From: Mobula hypostoma
Taxonomy: Eukaryota
Direction of reading: 5' to 3'
NCBI RefSeq assembly: GCF_963921235.1
Contig: NC_086097.1
Location: 172,114,001-172,178,000 of the forward strand
Length of the DNA: 64,000 bases
Shown here: positions 13,826-26,275 of the stretch, piece after piece
How the letters are laid out: the number at the start of each line of letters is the position of its first letter
Numbering within the stretch: the first letter of the stretch is position 1
Notes under the pieces: generated by a model
Told to the model about the DNA's origin: nothing
What the model saw: only the letters and a program-made list of their open reading frames with translations
Database searches by the model: none
Program-made: the position numbers and the translations under genes

Positions 13826-14608
13826 TAAACACGAGGAATTCTGCAGATGCTGGAAATTCAAGCAACACACATCAAAGTTGCTGGTGAACGCAGCAGGCCA
13901 GGCAGCATCTCTAGGAAGAGGTACAGTCGATGCTTCAGGCCAAGACCCTTCATCAGGACTAACTGAAGGAAGGGCTAGTAAGAGATTTAAAAGTGGGAGG
14001 GGGAGGGGGAGATCCAAAATGATAGGAGAAGACAGGAGGGGGAGGGATGGAGCCAAAAGCTGGACAGGTGATTGGCAAAAGGTGTATGAGAGGATCATGG
14101 GACAGGTGGCCCAGGGAGAAGGAAAAGGGGGGGGAAGCCCAGAGGATGGGCAAGGGGTGTAGTCAGAGGGACAGAGGGAGAAAAGGGAGTGTGAGAGAAA
14201 GAATGTGTGTGTATATAAATAATGGATGGGGTACGAGGGGGAGGTGGGGCATCAGCGGAAGTTAGAGAAGTCAGTGTTCATGCCATCAGGTTGGAGGCTA
14301 CCCAGACGGAATATAAGGTGTTCCTCCAACCTGAGTGTGGCTTCATCTTTACAGTAGAGGAGGCCGTGGATAGACATGTCAGAATGGGAATGGGATGTGG
14401 AATTAAAATGTGTGGCCACTGGGAGATTCTGCTTTCTCTGGCGGACAGAGCGTAGATGTTCAACGAAACGATCTCCCAGTCTGCGACGGTCTCGCCAATA
14501 TATAGAAGGCCACATCGGGAGTACCGGACGCAGTATATCACCCCAGCCAACTCACAGGTGAAGTGTCGCCTCACCTGGAAGGACTGTCTAGGGCCCTGAA
14601 TGGCGGTA
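13826..14608 (-). mobile_element. 5'-truncated Penelope-like copy (GIY-YIG end plus hammerhead tail)
   Basis: VIYCVRYSRCGLLYIGET (14278-14574) and EEHLIFRLGSLQPDGMN. Highly similar to 42791-43545. Confidence 0.9.
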
Positions 14609-14639
14609 AGTGAGTAGTCAGAGTGGTAAAGAAAGCATA

Positions 14640-15250
14640 TGTCACACTTACCTTCAATGCATATATGGTATAGAGTATAAGAGTAAGGAAGTTGAAATGC
14701 AGTTACATAAAATTTTGATTAGGTTACACTTGGTGTGCTGTCCTGGTCATCCCAATAATAGAAGGACATGGAGACTTTGGAGAGGGTGCAGAAGAGATTC
14801 AGTGGGATTCTGCCTGGATTGGAAGGAATGAGCTATCAAAAGAGCTTGTAGAATTTGGATTGCCTTCTCTGAAGCATCGGAGGCTGGGGAGAAATTTGAT
14901 AGAGTTTTATAAAATTGTGAGAAGCATAGACAACCGGAATATTTTCCCTGGGGTAAAAATATCAAATACAGGAAGACAAAGCTTTAAGGTGAGAAGGGGA
15001 AAATGTAAAGGAGATGCGTGGTGCAAATTTTTTATACAGAGCGGTAGACACCTGGAATCAACTGCCAGGGTTGGTATTGAAAACAGCTATGATAGTGGCA
15101 TTCAAGAGGTTTTTAGATACGAATATTCAGGGAATAGAAGGATGTGGATCATGTGCAGGAGCAAGGCTTTAGTTTAATTCGGCAGCATGCTTGGCGCAGT
15201 TATGAGCTGAAGAGCCTAGCACTGTGCTGTACTGTTCTATGTTCTGTGTT
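14640..15250 (+). mobile_element. CR1 3' fragment
   Basis: GIEYKSKEV..LHKILIRLHL motif and a typical CR1 tail ending TGTTCTATGTTCT. Confidence 0.75.
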
Positions 15251-17212
15251 CAGTAAGGGGAAAGGGCATGAAGGAGAGAAAATGGGGTGACGAATCTCCC
15301 TGAATGGCAGAATAGGCTCAATAAGCTGAACGCTCTCCTCCATCCCTTTATTTCAACTCACTAGTTCAAATGAACTGTCGTTAAAAGGCTTTGTTGCCAA
15401 GTTTAGATAGTGATCCAAGAGAGTTTTTATCATCACTTGAAGCAATGTCAACTATTTTCTTCTCTTGTCACTTGTCAACAGCGACGTTACTTATTTCTTC
15501 AGACAGCGCAAGCAATCTGCTTGTAATCACCCCTGGCATATCTGAGACACAGCCAGTTCAATGATGTACACAGTTGACACATTATGAACAGATGTGCACA
15601 CATTTCAGGGCATTCGGAATTCCTCACGGCCTACAGCTAGTGGAAAACTTATCAGGCAAAGGCTGACGTCGCATAACCCCACTGAACTTATGGAAAACCT
15701 GAAGGTCCCCATGGTGGAAACAACAGAGCCCAGCATTGCAACATAAGCACAACAGAAGGAAATGAGCTGCTTAAGTGTTCTTTTCTGCATGATGTGTACT
15801 TGGAAAAGGAAGGGAAATAAAATCTGTGCAGATAATTGCCATAAAGTCCAAACCAGTATGGTAAAGTGACTTTTAACACCAGCTAAAGATTGACTGCTCA
15901 AAGCTTTAGAAGCAGGTACAGTAACATAATTTAAAAGACACTTGGGGCAGATACATAGATAGGAAGGTTTTAGACAAATATGCATCAAATACAAACACAA
16001 CAACCAAACTTCGGAACACATCCTGGTCGGCATGGACAAGTTGTGCTGAGAGGCCCTTTTCCATGCTGTATTGCTGTATGTCTCCATAAATAGCTAACAT
16101 GAGTAACAGACTATTGTGGACATCACAAGGACCTTAGCCCAGCAGCTGTGGCAGCACCGTAGTTAATATCCAATGACCTGGGCCATAAGTCAAAAGGCAT
16201 GAATTCAAAACCCACTGTGAGAGCTTGTGAATCATAACTCATTATTAACTAAACAAGAGATTAATAAATAGTTAATATTTGTGACTATAAAATTACCAAG
16301 TTGCTGTTTAAAACCAGTGCTGCCAAAGGGTTTCAGCCTGAATTGTCATCTGTACTTTTTTCCATAGATGCTGCTGAGTTTCTCCAGCATTTTGTATATG
16401 TTGCTCGGATTTCTACCATCTGCAGATTTTCCCTTGTTTGTGTTTAAAACCCTTATACGACATCCTTCAGATAAGGGAATCTGTTATCCTCCACCATCTT
16501 CTCTCCTATCTTCTCCCAGCTCCCACCAACAGCATAGCAGTAAGAAAGAAGCCAGATTACTCGTAACACTGAGTTCACACAGACATAATGGGCTAAATCG
16601 TCTCCTTATCTGTAGTAAGCTCTCTGTGATTCCAAAAATGATCAGGCCGCCTGTTTTAGTGATGCTGAATGAGGGATATATGTTGCAAAGACATTGGAAC
16701 TAACCTCCCTCTCTTTAAAATAGTTAGAGGCCTGAAATATAGACTTTTTTCCCTCCACAAATGTCACCTGACCTGCTGAATGTTTCTTAGATTTTCTGTC
16801 TGTTTCAGGTGTACATTCTCTGAAGGGTTTCATTTTATTTTTATTTATGGAATTTAAGACCTGAAGATACAGATCCAATGTAAAATACTGCACAAACTGA
16901 AAGTCTGAAATAAATTTAAAACATGATAGAAATCTCTTCAGGTCAGGCAACAGATGCAGAGTGAAAAGCAGACAGCAGTTGAAGTGAAAGACATTTCAAC
17001 TGAATTGGAAGAAGTTACGAACACAATGGAAAAAGAATCTGGAAAAGATAAGAGGCCAGAGGCAGAGATTTCATCTGCCAAGTCTGATGAAAAGCAGTAG
17101 GACTGAAACAATCTCTGCTTTTCACTCTCTGCAGATGCTGCCTTACCAGCTGAGCATTTCCAAGAGTTTCAATTCAGTGTACGCAGCTCTCTGGTGAAAT
17201 GATATTGTATCT

Positions 17213-17777
17213 GTTAAATAGGGGCCATGGACAATTCTGATTTGATGGACACAGACATGAAAGCACAGAGGAACATCTGGAGAAATTTCTGAAATGCCGG
17301 TTCACTGCCACTGCTACTGTGCAATCGAGAATCTCCAAAGGGAAGGCCCCAAAATCCCTGGCTTTGCCTGCTGCTGGCGACCGAGGCTATGGTCGAAGCG
17401 TTCGGCAGAGATGGCGCTCGGTACTCGGTGTCGGAGGGCTGATCAGAGCTCGAAGTTTTCAGACGACTCAGAGTTGGACTGTGGTCAGGCATAGCAGGGA
17501 GAGTTTTCTTCCTTCTCCCGTTTACGTGAGATGTGGGACTTTCGAGAGACTTTGAACTTTTTTACTGTGCCATGGCCTGTTCTTCATCAAGTTATGGTAT
17601 TGTTGCACTGTTGTAACTATATGTTATAATTATGTGGTTTTGTTAGTTTTTTCAGTCTTGGTCTGTCCTGTATTTCTGTGATATCACACCGGAGGAATAT
17701 TATATCATTTCTTAATGCATGCATTACTAAATGACAATAAAAGAGGACTGCGTGTCCTCATAATCTAATAATCTAAT
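17213..17777 (+). repeat. Unclassified ~560-bp retroposon-like repeat
   Basis: CpG-retaining block ending ACAATAAAAG..(TAATC)n, resembling a non-LTR 3' tail. Confidence 0.5.
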
Positions 17778-20729
17778 TTCACTTCAGGAGCCAAAACCGG
17801 CCAGCAAGAACAATTGTGTGGATGGAACTTGTTGCAAGTGAGGATGCTGGAAAGGAAGCTTAGGATACAATTAGCCGGTGGATTAAAATGGACTTTGCTC
17901 ACAACTTTCTGTTTGCTGTAATTGTGTTTTTTTCCTGTAAAAATATGCATAATTTGTGATTAATTGATGCATTTTTTATTGTGACTGCTGCTTACATGGT
18001 ATATGTGTCTGTGATGCTGCTGCAAGTAGGTTTTGCATTGCACCTGTGTATATATGTACATGTACCCATGACAATAAACTTGTTTTTGTCTTTGGAGCCA
18101 CATAATTCTATTACAATATAACCTAAGCCACAAAGCAATAGTTAATTTATTATGAATGCAAGTAAAATCTTTGTGGTTGCTTACCTTTTATTTGGTTCAT
18201 TCTGTTCTTCATTATTTCTTTAATATTTTGATTTGTACCTATATCAGAACCTATTCTAACCTTTTCTCTCATTCAGAAATAGAAATAGTAAGCTCCAGTT
18301 GGTGTACAGCTCTCCCTTAATGACCTTCAATTAAGTAAATTCCATCCAGATTAAAGACCAACAACAACCAAAGCGATGCTAATGTCAAGGCTGATGGAAG
18401 ATAAGGTAAATCTCGGCAGGAAAGAGACTGATAAATGTCACAGGGCCCAACAGTGCAATTTGACAGTGGGGAACCTCTTGTTACAACATGACATAGGCCT
18501 TTCCCATTAGGATTTTCATGGACATATCTATGTTCTTCAAGGAAAGGACAGGGCGGAAAAGATTATGTTACCTCAGTAAAGAGGGAGTATTCATTTATCA
18601 ACACACACAAAATGCTGGAGGAACTCAGCAGGCCAGGCAGCATCAATGGGAAAAAGAGTTGCTTGGATTTCCAGCATCTGCAGATTTTCTCTTGTTTGTG
18701 TACTCATTTATCATGTGCATTTCATAATCTCTGAACATGTGAACACTGATTGAGTCCTCTAACATTATTTATAATCCATCAATGTGTTGCTTTTATCTGT
18801 CACTTTCACCAATAGTGATGGACCAGATTGAGTTGTACTTAAAAAAAAGGAATTCAAAATATTCTGAAGTGCAGACATCTGCTGGACTGTGCAAATGGTC
18901 AGGAAGCGAGGATACATTGTAGTTTGTTCAGAGAGCTGGAGCAGGCATTATGGGCCAACTACGCTCCTTCATTACTGTATAAAATTCATTCTCAATTGAC
19001 AATTCAAAATGAAGAATATTAAATCATACAATTGCTGCAGAGGAGAATGAAGCCATTCAGCCCATTAATTCTGCACCATCTCAATTAGAATAAATCAGTT
19101 GGTCCCATTCCCCGACTCCTTCCCTCAGTGCTGCAATTTGTTCTTCCCCAGTTACTTTGGACAGCACTGGTTAACTTGTTTCCAACACCCCTATTGACAG
19201 CAAATCCCAGAATTAACTCTTATTGATAGTAAATTCCAGTTCATGGACACTATCTGAATAATATGCCAAATGGCCTACTTCTGCTCCTATGTCTTCTTGT
19301 CTGGTCTTATGACAAGAACCAATCTTCCTCGTATCCCTCTTGCATCTTCATCCATTTTAATGACAACAGTGGCATTTAAGAGGCTTTGATGTAAACCCTC
19401 TCAACCCCATTCTCCTGCCTTCTCCCCATAGCCTTTGATGCCTTTACGAATGAAGTACCTATCGACCTCCGCTTTACTATACCCAAATGACTATCTGTAG
19501 CAATGAATCACACAGATTCACTACCATCTGGTCAAAGAAATTCCTCTTCATCTCTGTCTAATGGGATATCCTTCTAGTCTGAGGCTGTGCCCTCTAGTCA
19601 AACACTATCCCACTATTGGAAGCATCCTCTGCACATCCATTCCATCGAGGCCCTTATCTGTGGGCTGAAGGGCCTGTTGCTACACAGTGCTGTTTCCTGT
19701 TCTAAGTCTGTCCCTTCTGATCCTTGAACCATGTGCTAATCAAAGGAACTTACCTATACACATCTTAATTAAACAATTGTGAACTTGCCAAACTTTAACA
19801 AATCTCCTCTCACCATTCTTTGTTACAAGAAGAACAGCTTCTCCAACTTAAACTTAAGAGCTGAAGACCCTCATTCTTAGTACCATTCTTAAATAGCAGT
19901 GACTGTTCCATGCAGTCCACATGCAATATTTAGTTCATTGATGTCAAGAATGTTGAAATTGGACTTGGTTTATTAACATGTAGCCACAGTACTAACTGAA
20001 GGGCAATCAAATTTACCAAATAAGAGAAAGGGAGAGAATAGATCCTGGTGTAGATACAAATTAAAGCATGAAGAAATTTTTAAAATCCTATGGTTATGTT
20101 TCAAATGATAAAGATAAATGAAAAAATAGACATTTAAGCACAAAAGCTGCACAAGCCAGATATTTGAAACAAAATTAATAAGTATCAGAAATACTCAACA
20201 GGTCAGGTACCTTCTTTTGAGGGAGAAACTGATTCAACATTTCGGATTAATGATCCGTCATCAGAAATAAAGGCAACTGTACCTAATATCTTCTTCGCCA
20301 TCTTGTCTGCCTGTATCTTAATTTTCAATTCAACTATGAACTACAATCCTATCAATTTCCCAAGTTGATCTAGATCCCACTGTAATCATAGAAAACCTCT
20401 TCACTGACCGCTAGATCATCAGCTTTGAATCATCATAAACTTATTAACCACGTTAACAACACTGTGTTTGAATTCAGCCTGGACCCTTGGACAATATGGC
20501 CAGCTGGTCTGATTGGTGGTAGAAATTATCCTACCATAAGCATTGGTCTTGGAGAAGAGGCTGACCATTGAAGATACTGACACTATGTCACAACCACCAG
20601 CAGACCTCTGTCCTGAGATATTCCCATATGGGAATGTAATGCTTTCAGCCAATGGTAAAAACAAGATAGTATCATAGAAAAGCATCCAGTCACCCATTAA
20701 CTCCACATTGGTTCATTAAAAAGCAATCT

Positions 20730-21250
20730 AGATTTGAATCGAGTTTATTATCACTGACTTAGATGATGTGAAATTTGTTGTTTTGCAGCAGCAGTACAGA
20801 GCAATGACAAACATTTACTATTAATTACAAAAAAAAATTAAAGTGCAAAAAGAAGGAATTAGAAAGTGGTATTCATAAGTTCATGGACCAGTCACAAATT
20901 TGATAATAGAGGGGAAGAAGCTGCTTCTGATTCATTGAATGTGGGTCTTCCGCCCCCTGTACCAGATGGTTGTAATGAGAAGGGGGCATGTCCTCCTTGG
21001 TGATGGATGCTGCCTTCTTGAGGCAGTTTCTTGAAGATGTCCCTGATGCTGAGGAGGCTTCTGTCAGAGATGGAGCTGGCTGAGACTACAATCCTCTGCA
21101 GCCTCACGTAATCCTATGTATTAGACACAAGCAGCCAGAGTGCTTTCCATCATACATCTATAGAAATTTGTAAGTCTTTGGTGACATAATAAATCTCCTC
21201 AAACTCCACTGGCATGCCTTCCTCGTGATTGCATCAATGTATTGGACCCA
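20730..21250 (-). mobile_element. Rex1/Babar-like LINE 3' fragment
   Basis: RLQRIVVSAS / IIK..H-type C-terminal remnants; tail similar to 55080-55930. Confidence 0.6.
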
Positions 21251-21506
21251 CTCCACAGGTATTCCCACTCTACTGATATCATCAACAGCCTAAATAAAAT
21301 AAATGAGCTACAGCCATGCCTGAAATACTGCAGATAAGAATGCTTAGGCTAAATAGTTTGAAAGCAGTCTGTGCCAGTTACTTTGACATTTAAGCATTTG
21401 TATAAAAGTGAGCCAAAGCAGTACATCCCTACAGGAAAAGAAATACACTTCACTTTAACTTCATAGGGTAGAGTTTAGCGACTGAATCTAAAACTAAACT
21501 TTTTGT

Positions 21507-21775
21507 AACACATATAAAAAATGTTGGTGAAGGCAGCAGGCCAGGCAGCATCTATAGGAAGAGGTACAGTCGATGTTTCGGGCCGAGGCCCTTCGTCAAG
21601 ACTAACTGAAAAAAGATATAGAAATCTCTATCTCTTCTTTCAGTTAGTCTTGACGAAGCATCTCGGCCCAAAACATTGACTGTACCTCTTCCTATAGATG
21701 CTGCCTGGCCTGCTGTGTTCACCAGCATTTTTTATGTGTGTTACTTGAATTTCCAGCATTTGCAGATTTCCTCAT
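21507..21775. mobile_element. Palindromic pair of Penelope 3' tails with 13-bp TSD
   Basis: ~21505-21622 is the reverse complement of ~21626-21744. CTAAACTTTTTGT at 21494-21506 and 21776-21788. Confidence 0.88.
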
Positions 21776-22103
21776 CTAAACTTTTTGTGCAGTGATCCAG
21801 TTTTAAAACCCACCACAAAGACTGAGGATTTTAAAATCAAGTCATTTAATAAATCAGGAGCCTCTGGTTTACTGTTTGAATGAAGTTTCTGAAGGAAGGG
21901 AATCTGCCATCCTTACTTGAGACATTTAGATCAGGTAAATGCACACAGTCTTTTCCCAAGGATTAGGAAATCAAGAATTGAACGGCTTTGGTCTAAGGTC
22001 CTCAACCGCTCTCCTGAGCACCACCACCCCATCCGCAAAAAATACTGGATTTCCTGGTGGCCAAACATTTTAATTACTATTCCCATTTCCATTCCAACAT
22101 GTC

Positions 22104-23190
22104 AAGAAGGTTCAGATGGTCAGCATTCGGGATGAGATAGTAAATTGGAATAGACATTGGCTTTGTGGGAGAACCCAGAGAGTGGTAGTAAAGGGTTGCC
22201 TCTCTGACTGGAGACCTGTGACTAGTGTAGTCCTACAGGGATCAGGGCTGGGTCCATTGTATTTTGTTATCTATATCCACAACATGGATGATAATGTGGT
22301 TAACTGGATCAGCAAATCTGTGGATGACACCAAGATTGGAAGTATAGCGGATAGTCAAGAAGGCTATCATGGCTTGCAAAGGGATCAGCTGGAAAAATGG
22401 GCTGAAAAATGACAGATGGAATTTAATGCAGACAAGTGTGAGGTTTTGCACTTCGGTAGGACCAACCGGGGTAGGTCTTAACACAGTAAACAGCAGGGCA
22501 TGGAGAATTGAGGTAGAACAAAGGGATCTGGGAATACATAATTCGTTGAAAGTGGTGTTAATGGTAGATAGGGTCGTAAAGAAAACTTTCGGTACATTGG
22601 CCTTCATAAATCAATGTATTGAGTACAGAAAATGGGATGTTATGTCGAAGTTGTATAAGATGTTGGTGAGGCCTAATTTGGAGTATTTTGTGCAGTTTTG
22701 GTCACCTACCTACAGGAAAGATGTAAACAAGGTTGAAAGAGTGCAGAGAAAATTTACAAAGATGTTGCCAGGTATGGAGGGCCTGAGTTTTAAGGAAAGA
22801 TTGAATAAGTAAGGACTGCATTCTTTAGAACTGAAGGGAGATTTGATAAAGGTATACAAAATTATGAGGGGTATAGATAGGGTAAATGCAAGCAGGCTTT
22901 TTTCTCTGAGGTTGAGTGGGACTACGTCCAGAGGTCATGGCTTAAGGATGAAAGGTGAGAAACTTAAGGGGAACATGAGGGGAAACTTCTTCACTCAGAG
23001 GGTCATGAGAGTGTGGTATGAGCTGCCAGCACAAATGGTCCATGCAAGCTTGGTTTCAAGATTTAAGAGAGGTTAGGATAGGTACATGGATAGCAAGGAT
23101 ATTGAGGGCTATGGTCCCAGTAAAGGTCGATGGGAATAGTATCAGCATGGACTAGATGGGCTGAAGGGGCTGTAGTTCTCTATGACTCTA
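22104..23190 (+). mobile_element. CR1 LINE RT 3' half
   Basis: QGSGLGP, SVDDTKIG, LVRPNLEYFVQFWSP and RGNFFTQRV motifs in ORFs spanning 22116-23076. Confidence 0.92.
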
Positions 23191-23668
23191 TGTCAGTGCA
23201 TGGCCTCCTCCTCTACCATAATGAGGCCACTCCCAGCAACACTTCATATTTCATCTACATAACCTCCAACCTGATGGCATGAACATCAATTTCTCCAACT
23301 TCTGGTAATTTTCCCTTCCCCCTTTCCTTTTCATCACTCCCCAACTCTGGCCATTTACATCTTCTGCTCACCTGCCAATCACCTCCCCCTGGTGCTGCTC
23401 CTCTGTCCTTTTCTCCCGTGATCCACTCTCCTCTCCTATCAGATTTCCACTTATCACCTCCCAGTTTCTTACTTCACCCCCCAGTTTTCACCTATCATCT
23501 TCTAACTTGTCCTCCTTCTCCTCCCCCACCTTCTTATTCTGACACCTTTCCCCCATAAGTTCCAATCCTGATGAAAGGTCCCAGCCTGAAATGTTGATTG
23601 TTTATTCATTTCCATAGATGCTGCCTGGCCTGATGAGTTCCTCCAGCATTGTGTGTGTGTGTGTGTGT
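23190..23668 (+). mobile_element. Old Penelope-like 3' fragment with hammerhead motif
   Basis: CTCCAACCTGATGGCATGAAC end-of-ORF signature, pyrimidine tract, CTGATGA..GAAA at 23568-23591. Confidence 0.75.
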
Positions 23669-25084
23669 TATACAGGTTTAAGGTGAGAAAGTTTAATAGG
23701 AACTTGAAGGGGAACTTTTTATACAAAAGGTGGTACGTACATGAAATGAATAAGTAAAGTGGTTGAGATAAGTTGAGTAACAACTTTTAAGAGACTGTTG
23801 GACAGGTACATGGATACGAAAGGTTTAAAAAGTAGTGTGCCAAATGCTATCAAACAGAATTTGAATGGCCTTCTTGGTCAGCATGAACAAGTTGAGCCAA
23901 AGAGCTTGTTTCCATGCTGTCTAACTCTATGATTTATCTTCATTGAAACCTTCCTTATTTGTATCCTTGCTCCACTTTCCTCTCTGATCAAATCCATCAT
24001 CCTCAGCCCTTCGTCACTTCCACCTATCACCTTCCAGCTCTTGTCTCACCTCTTCCTCTCACCTTTTTATATGGGCTATTTCCCCTCTATTCTTTTAGCC
24101 CAGATGAATTGCCTTGACCCAAAACATTGAAGATTCATTTCCCTCCACATATGCTGCCTGACCAGCTGAGCTCCTTCAGCAGCTAGAATCCTGTTCCAGA
24201 TGTCAGCATTTGCAATCTCATGTGTCTCTACAGTAAACCGTTGTTAGCAGCATGGCTTTTACAATCAGGAAGCAGATGTAAGATGGGGGGATTTATGTGG
24301 ACTGCTGAATTTGAGGACAGTCTTTCATAGTCCCTCTCCAATATACTGGATTCTTAACCAAAGCATAAAGATCAAATTTATTCTCAAATTACTTACAATG
24401 CACGATGCAATATATTGTGTTTGGCCCCAACATAAGAAGAATGCAACTAGAGAATACAGATAGTCTAACAAGTGTTATCAAATGTTCGCCACATCTGCAG
24501 CTCCACCATGGTTTCCTAATGGTGGAGCGACAGGCTCTTGTCCAACATAGGGTCTATGTTCAGGTGAAAATTAATCATTGCTCTTCACAATGTACTTCTT
24601 GGCATTTTTACCTTATCACTCCTTGGCATAGAAAGGCAACATATCTGGGCATGTGTTGCAAGACAAGATAAAAAAAACACATAAAGGAATATACAGATTG
24701 AAACCTTCAGAATGCCCCGCAGAGAGGGTCTGTTGGAGAAACCTCACAACCTATGTTCAAGGATCACACCTCGGGGCATATTTGGGGCAAGTCCATTGGC
24801 CATCTCGACAGCTGGTGCATTCTGTTCCAACAGAAGGTAGGGTCATTCCAAGTGAGGATGGCTGCATTTTCCCTCTCGAGGGAGACTGCATAGATCATCA
24901 GAACATTGGATACAAAAGGACAACCAACCCATTGTGCCTGTTTGCCTCCATCCACGGCTCAAATGATTGTAACCCAAACTCTTCATTCCTATCTGCCCCC
25001 AGAAATGTTCCATCAATTTGCTTACCAACAGTACAGAGCAGGATTAGACCCAGCGTGCCTGTACCAACCATGAATTTAATTAAA

Positions 25085-25572
25085 TTGACTTTATTACTTT
25101 CATCCTTCATATACATGAGGAGTAAAAATCTTTACATCTCTGTCTGAATGTTCCATGTGCGATTATGGTAATTTATAATAAATATTATGTATTATGTACA
25201 ACAGGATAGTCAATATAACATAGAAATACAGTTGCATCAGCATGAATTTATCAGTCTGATGGCCTGATGGAAGAAGCTGTCCCAGAGCCTGTTGGTCCTG
25301 GCTTTTATGCTGTGGTACCGTTTCCTGGATGGGAGCAATCGGATCAGTTTGTGTTTGGGGTGACACAGGTCTCCAATGATCCTTTGGCCCTTTCTACACA
25401 CCTGTCTTTGTAAATGTCCTGAATAGCGGGGAATTCACATCTACAGATGCACTGGGCTGTCCGTACTACTCTCTGCAGAGGCCTGCAATTGAGGGAAGTA
25501 CAGTTCCCATACCAGACAGTGATGCAGCCAGTCAGGATGCTCTCTATCATGCCCCTATTGAAAGTTCTTAGA
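25085..25572 (-). mobile_element. Rex1/Babar-like LINE 3' fragment
   Basis: IESILTGCITVWYGNC..LQRVVRTAQ (25344-25550). Confidence 0.85.
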
Positions 25573-26009
25573 ATTTTCTATCAAATTCCATGATGCCAAT
25601 CAAGGATCTCGCTCAGTCTGCCTAAAAGATATTCGAAGACAATTTCCCTCCGAGGAAGAAAGCTCCACAACCTATGTCCATCTCAGAGAAATAGTGGGAC
25701 AGAGTGGTGAGTACAGAAGTACAGCAGTAAAGGCATTGAGTTCAAGAGTAGGAATGCCGTTTTACCCCTACAAAATATTGTTAAGACCGCACTTGGAGTA
25801 TTGTGTGCAGGCCTGGCTGCCAGAATATAGGAAGGATGAAAATAAGCTAGAATGTGTGCAGAAAAGATTCACATGAGTCTTGCTAGGATTGGAGGGCTTA
25901 TATTATGAAGAGTATCTGTATAGGCTGGGATTATTGGAATTAGTTTTCCTGAAGTGGAGGTTCATATAAAATCACAAGGAATAGATAAGATGGATAGTCA
26001 CAGTTTTCT

Positions 26010-26275
26010 AGGGCGCCATTGTAGCATCGCGATTAGCGTGATGCTATTGCGGCTTGGGGCATCAGGTTTCGGAGTTCAATCCCAGCATCCTCTGGAAGGA
26101 GTCCTCCCCATGGAACGTGTAGGTTTTCCTTGGGTGTTCTGGTTTCCTCCCACAGTGCAAAGATGTAATGGGAAGGATAATTTGTCATTGTAAGTTGTCC
26201 TATGAATAGGTTAGGGTTAATCATGGTTGTCCATGGTTGCTGGGGTGGTGCTTGAAGGGCCAGAAGGGCCATATC
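26010..26275 (+). mobile_element. HE1/V-SINE-like tRNA-derived SINE inside a CR1 tail
   Basis: B-box-like GAGTTCAATCCC and central GGTTTCCTCCCACAGTGCAAAGATGT. Confidence 0.65.

Noticed and set aside
13878..14162. Recurrent ORF MLVNAAGQAAS... (also at 28071, 28676, 38766, 42756) as a small protein family
   Set aside because: It is the antisense reading of the non-coding Penelope tail.
15609..15746. Possible plus-strand terminal exon GIRNSSRPTASGKLIRQRL...SIAT*
   Set aside because: Weak acceptor, no recognisable homology and no partner exons; needs tBLASTn or RNA-seq.
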